Position numbers and translations under genes: made by a program. The notes under the pieces were generated by a model. That model made no database searches. It saw only the letters and a list, made by a program, of their open reading frames with translations, and was not told the origin of the DNA. Positions 60,980 through 64,000 of a DNA stretch of 64,000 nt are shown one piece after another. Origin of the DNA: Spirochaetota bacterium. GTDB lineage: Bacteria > Spirochaetota > UBA4802 > UBA5550. The stretch is taken from assembly GCA_050298055.1 (NCBI GenBank), contig JBNKTL010000010.1, forward strand, positions 37,977 through 101,976. Reading direction: 5' to 3'. Numbering within the stretch: the stretch's first letter is position 1; each line of letters starts with the position of its first letter.

Positions 60980-61288
60980 TTAAGGACAAGTATAATCCGA
61001 AGGATAATATAAGTTATCATCATTATCTATTTCACATGTTACAGTATAACCCAGCGATTCACATGTTTCATCACTATAAAAATACATTTTTGTACTATTG
61101 TTATTAGTAGTACAAGCATTTTCTCCAACATGGAAACAGAGAGCTGGATATTGAAGTATATCATTTGTATAGTGCTCCAATACACAAGCTCCATCCGGGT
61201 CTTCTTCATAACCAAAACACCCTGACATGAGAAAACTTAAAATCAACACCAGTGCAATAACCGGCAATCTTCTAGATATTAGTTTCAT
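60980..61288 (-). CDS. Small Cys-rich lipoprotein
   Basis: Lipobox LMSGC, six further Cys and an acidic composition. Confidence 0.75.
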   Translation of the reverse strand: MKLISRRLPVIALVLILSFLMSGCFGYEEDPDGACVLEHYTNDILQYPALCFHVGENACTTNNNSTKMYFYSDETCESLGYTVTCEIDNDDNLYYPSDYTCP

Positions 61289-61456
61289 CTTTCATCCCCT
61301 TACATATATAAAAATTTAAATTAAATAAACCTACCTGCCATTAACCAGGTAGAATTCAATACTAAACAATTATTTCAACTATTAAGAAAACCACACACAC
61401 CTGAATCGATGCCCCCACGCAAAAAACCAACACTCACTCAAAAACCCACTCCCCGC

Positions 61457-61744
61457 ACCGCTGCTTCGCATAATTGACGGCAAGCGTTCGCTTCGCACAT
61501 TGCCGCCTTCTTCACTGATAAAAAACTTTTCCCGGCAGGGCGGCAACGTCGCTTACCTCTGCAATTATGCGAAACGCTCAACACACAGTTTCCTTCACCG
61601 GTCCAAAACAAGCCCCATCCATAAACCCCTTTCTGCGGCAAGGGCAGGGAGGGAACTTTGCTCTGTATGTCCCGAAACCTGAAAATATCAGAATTCTGAT
61701 ATTTTCATGAACATTGCTTCTATATAGAAAGTGCTGTATGAATT
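61457..61744. repeat. Cassette-associated repeat unit, copy 1, including an attC-like hairpin (61465-61573) and a 28-bp palindrome (61680-61707)
   Basis: Paired arms TTCGCATAATTG / CAATTATGCGAA, GGCAAGCG / CGCTTACC and ACATTGCCGCC / GGCGGCAACGT. Palindrome TGAAAATATCAGAATTCTGATATTTTCA. Confidence 0.85.
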
Positions 61745-62276
61745 ATTTTTTCGCCTCTATTTTTTTCATTTGAATCGTTTCAATTTTAATATCATTTAGT
61801 GCTGTATATTTCTGTAATAAAAGTTTTTTATCGGCTTCATAAAGATTTTTAACTTTAGAAGAAAATCTAGCCGGAATAGAACTATGGGAAAACTGAAAAA
61901 AACCAATATAAGAAGCTGTACTTTCATTGATACTGAATTCTACATTTGTATACTTTACAAAGTCTTCTGTTTCGATTAACGCGCTTAAACTATTAAGCTG
62001 ATAATCCCCTGCAGGTAATTTAAAAATAAAGACACCTTTTTCTTTTTCCGGCATTTCTAATCTTAATTTTATTTTTTTCCCATCAGACTTTCGCTGTACA
62101 AACAACATAACAAAAGGATCGCCAATTAATTTTGTATAATCTCTTGAATAGGTTCCACATAAAAACCCATTTTTATCTTTTTTAATTTCTGTATTCTTTA
62201 ATACTCCTCTTGGCAACTCACACCCTGAAATACTTGCTATTATTAAAAGTGCAAACAGTAAATTTGTTTTTTTCAT
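61743..62276 (-). CDS. Putative lipoprotein (paralogue of 59996-60571)
   Basis: Lipobox ISGC, AAGGAG RBS and PAGDYQL..F.I....SYIG pattern. Confidence 0.78.
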   Translation of the reverse strand: MKKTNLLFALLIIASISGCELPRGVLKNTEIKKDKNGFLCGTYSRDYTKLIGDPFVMLFVQRKSDGKKIKLRLEMPEKEKGVFIFKLPAGDYQLNSLSALIETEDFVKYTNVEFSINESTASYIGFFQFSHSSIPARFSSKVKNLYEADKKLLLQKYTALNDIKIETIQMKKIEAKK

Positions 62277-62360
62277 CTATTTTAATCTCCTTATGGTTTT
62301 TAATATTTAATCGTCTGTAGAATTTTTGCAGATCAATTTTATGCTTTTTAAACTCTCCCC

Positions 62361-62617
62361 ACCGCTTCGCACATTGCCGCCTTCTTCACTGATTAAAAAC
62401 TTTTCCCGGCAGGGCGGCAACGTCGCTTGCCTCAGCAATTATGCGAAACGCTCAACTCACGGCTTCCCTCACCGGACCGGAACAAACGCCATCCATAAAG
62501 ACCTTTCCGCGGCCAGGGCAGGGAGGGAACTTTGCTCCTCCATGCGCCGGGGGACTTTTTGTCCTGACTTTCCCGGAACCTGAATTCAGCAGATATCTGC
62601 TATTTTCATGAACATTG
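62361..62617. repeat. Cassette-associated repeat unit, copy 2 (left hairpin arm deleted)
   Basis: Near-identical to 61489-61716 over most of its length. Palindrome variant TGAATTCAGCAGATATCTGCTATTTTCA at 62581-62608. Confidence 0.88.
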
Positions 62618-62644
62618 TTTTTTACTCTTTCCATCAACAACAAA

Positions 62645-62917
62645 TCAGTTCTTCTCTTCCTCTACGTTCTTCGGAAGCTTGATCTTTCCGTGGTTCTCTT
62701 CGAAAAGGTTGATATTGTCCACAAGGAGCTTTGCCAGCTCCTTTGCGAAAACAGGACTCATACGAAGATTGACTGCAGGCTTAACTCCCTGGTAGTTACT
62801 GCTGCCGAGGCCAAGGGTGATCTCGAATTCATACGGACTTGTGTTTACCGTGGCCGTATTGCTGTATACTTCAGGGATTTGAATGCTAATGTTTTTATTG
62901 TTTTTGCTATTTGACAT
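62645..62917 (-). CDS. DUF3467-like small protein
   Basis: EVYSN.ATV..SPYEF.I.LG..V.LRMSP.FAK.L..LL..N...FE..HG.I, the same pattern as 52169-52468. Confidence 0.75.
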   Translation of the reverse strand: MSNSKNNKNISIQIPEVYSNTATVNTSPYEFEITLGLGSSNYQGVKPAVNLRMSPVFAKELAKLLVDNINLFEENHGKIKLPKNVEEEKN

Positions 62918-63071
62918 GATTTCCTTTTTTCACAATTTACTTATTTTATCATTATTATTTTCTTCATTTTTTTAAATGAATAGAATACAATTGTTATTAT
63001 TTACAAATTACGATTCAAAACAACACCTAATATAATAAGTCCCAATATCTATCATCATAGTTAATGAAAAT

Positions 63072-63683
63072 TTAAAATATCAACTCAAATATCTTACCAT
63101 ACTTAAAACCTACCATTCCAAGAGAAACGTCATTAAGTTCATTAAAACATACCTCATTATTATACTCATTCTTAAAATCTTCAGATACGATACATTTAAT
63201 CTTTCTATCAATACCAATTTTACTCAAAGCCTCACAATATTTAATATTGCTACCTAAAATCATATGTTTGAATCTATTACTAGAACCCCAATTCCCAATA
63301 ATTACTTCACCTTTATGTAAGGCATTAGTAAATTCAATTTTACTTAAATTTAATTTTAAAATACTACTTATAATTTTTTTTACAGATTGTATTGATTTTT
63401 CAATTTCTTGAAAATATACAAGAGTTGTGTTAAATCCAAAATCAACAATTGAACCCATATTTTCTTTATCAGTAAAATCATAAACAATATTAAATATATC
63501 TATTAATGTTTTCATTTGTTCTTCAGGTTTAACTGGTTCTGTAAAATTAATTACCCATTTATTTATTATTAAATCTTTATTCTCACCAAATAGACCAAAA
63601 TAAACATCTTCATTATTATCAACAGATTTCGATATTTCTTTCCCACAATATAATTCCAATATTTTTTTGTATTTGTGTTCCAT
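63072..63683 (-). CDS. Degenerate class III nucleotide cyclase-like domain protein
   Basis: LHKGEVIIGNWGS..R....ILGSNI and CIVSE match the cyclase fold, but catalytic residues appear to be missing. AT-rich. Confidence 0.6.
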   Translation of the reverse strand: MEHKYKKILELYCGKEISKSVDNNEDVYFGLFGENKDLIINKWVINFTEPVKPEEQMKTLIDIFNIVYDFTDKENMGSIVDFGFNTTLVYFQEIEKSIQSVKKIISSILKLNLSKIEFTNALHKGEVIIGNWGSSNRFKHMILGSNIKYCEALSKIGIDRKIKCIVSEDFKNEYNNEVCFNELNDVSLGMVGFKYGKIFELIF

Positions 63684-63695
63684 AGATACCTCTTA

Positions 63696-63998
63696 TTATT
63701 TCTCCTCTACAATTACTTTACCGTCTTTATAACGCCATCTTTTAATTTTAGTTGCATCTAGCATAATATTATTACTTGAATCAGTATCTAATGGTATTAC
63801 TTCACCATGAGTTTCAATATATATATCACCATAATTCAACCCCATCTTCCTTGCAATATCATCAAATACTTTCCAATCATCATCGTTTGAATTTTCGCTA
63901 GTAAATATATTATTAAGCAAATCCAAATCATCATCTATAGTATATCCTGGTAATCCAAAATAATCATCTATCGATTGATACCCCGGTGTGCCCTGTAT
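63696..63998 (-). CDS. C-terminal part of a hypothetical protein (5'-truncated by window edge)
   Basis: Frame is open to the window end (IQGTPGYQSIDDYFGLPGYTIDDDLDLLNN...). Ends 12 bp before the next gene, whose GAGG RBS lies in the gap. Confidence 0.65.
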   Translation of the reverse strand: MQGTPGYQSIDDYFGLPGYTIDDDLDLLNNIFTSENSNDDDWKVFDDIARKMGLNYGDIYIETHGEVIPLDTDSSNNIMLDATKIKRWRYKDGKVIVEEK

Positions 63999-64000
63999 AT

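Noticed and set aside
61438..62643. Short ORFs with near-identical peptides (61500-61682, 62326-62583, 61438-61641, 62452-62643)
   Set aside because: They are translations of the non-coding repeat unit, with inconsistent starts and lengths between copies and no RBS.

Overview
A 64-kb chromosomal window from a bacterium that is very likely a spirochaete (Spirochaetota). The assignment rests on the spirochaete-type FlgE with a lysinoalanine cross-link Lys/Cys pair and on the flagellar genes. The standalone NifSU, QueG-like Fe-S protein and hemerythrin suggest an anaerobic or microaerobic lifestyle. Most of the window (about 14-60 kb) is core or housekeeping: maf, a class B PBP, lepB, MltD, murA, flgF/G, mgsA, nifSU, fliK-flgD-flgE, trpS, rluD, icd, c-di-GMP enzymes, a two-component module and a polyprenyl synthetase. 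Two accessory regions stand out. (1) At about 1.7-13.9 kb is an AT-rich defence-like island: a DUF1016-thermonuclease fusion, a RloC/AAA_13-like ATPase plus a tiny WYL protein, sbcCD, DUF2971 and an XRE-ImmA/PIN pair. The DUF1016 gene has a perfect 40-bp palindrome beside it that duplicates 17 bp of its own coding sequence. (2) At about 60-64 kb is a cassette-like array in which three small minus-strand genes are each followed by a copy of a conserved ~220-290-bp non-coding unit. That unit contains a covarying palindrome and a non-canonical attC-like hairpin, and no integrase is present in the window. Intergenic regions also carry at least nine copies of a ~140-bp MITE with GTAAC...GTTAC ends, 8-9-bp target duplications and a central GC-rich hairpin, plus several other REP-like families. 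No rRNA, tRNA, CRISPR array or transposase was recognised. All annotations come from reading motifs by eye, not from database searches.
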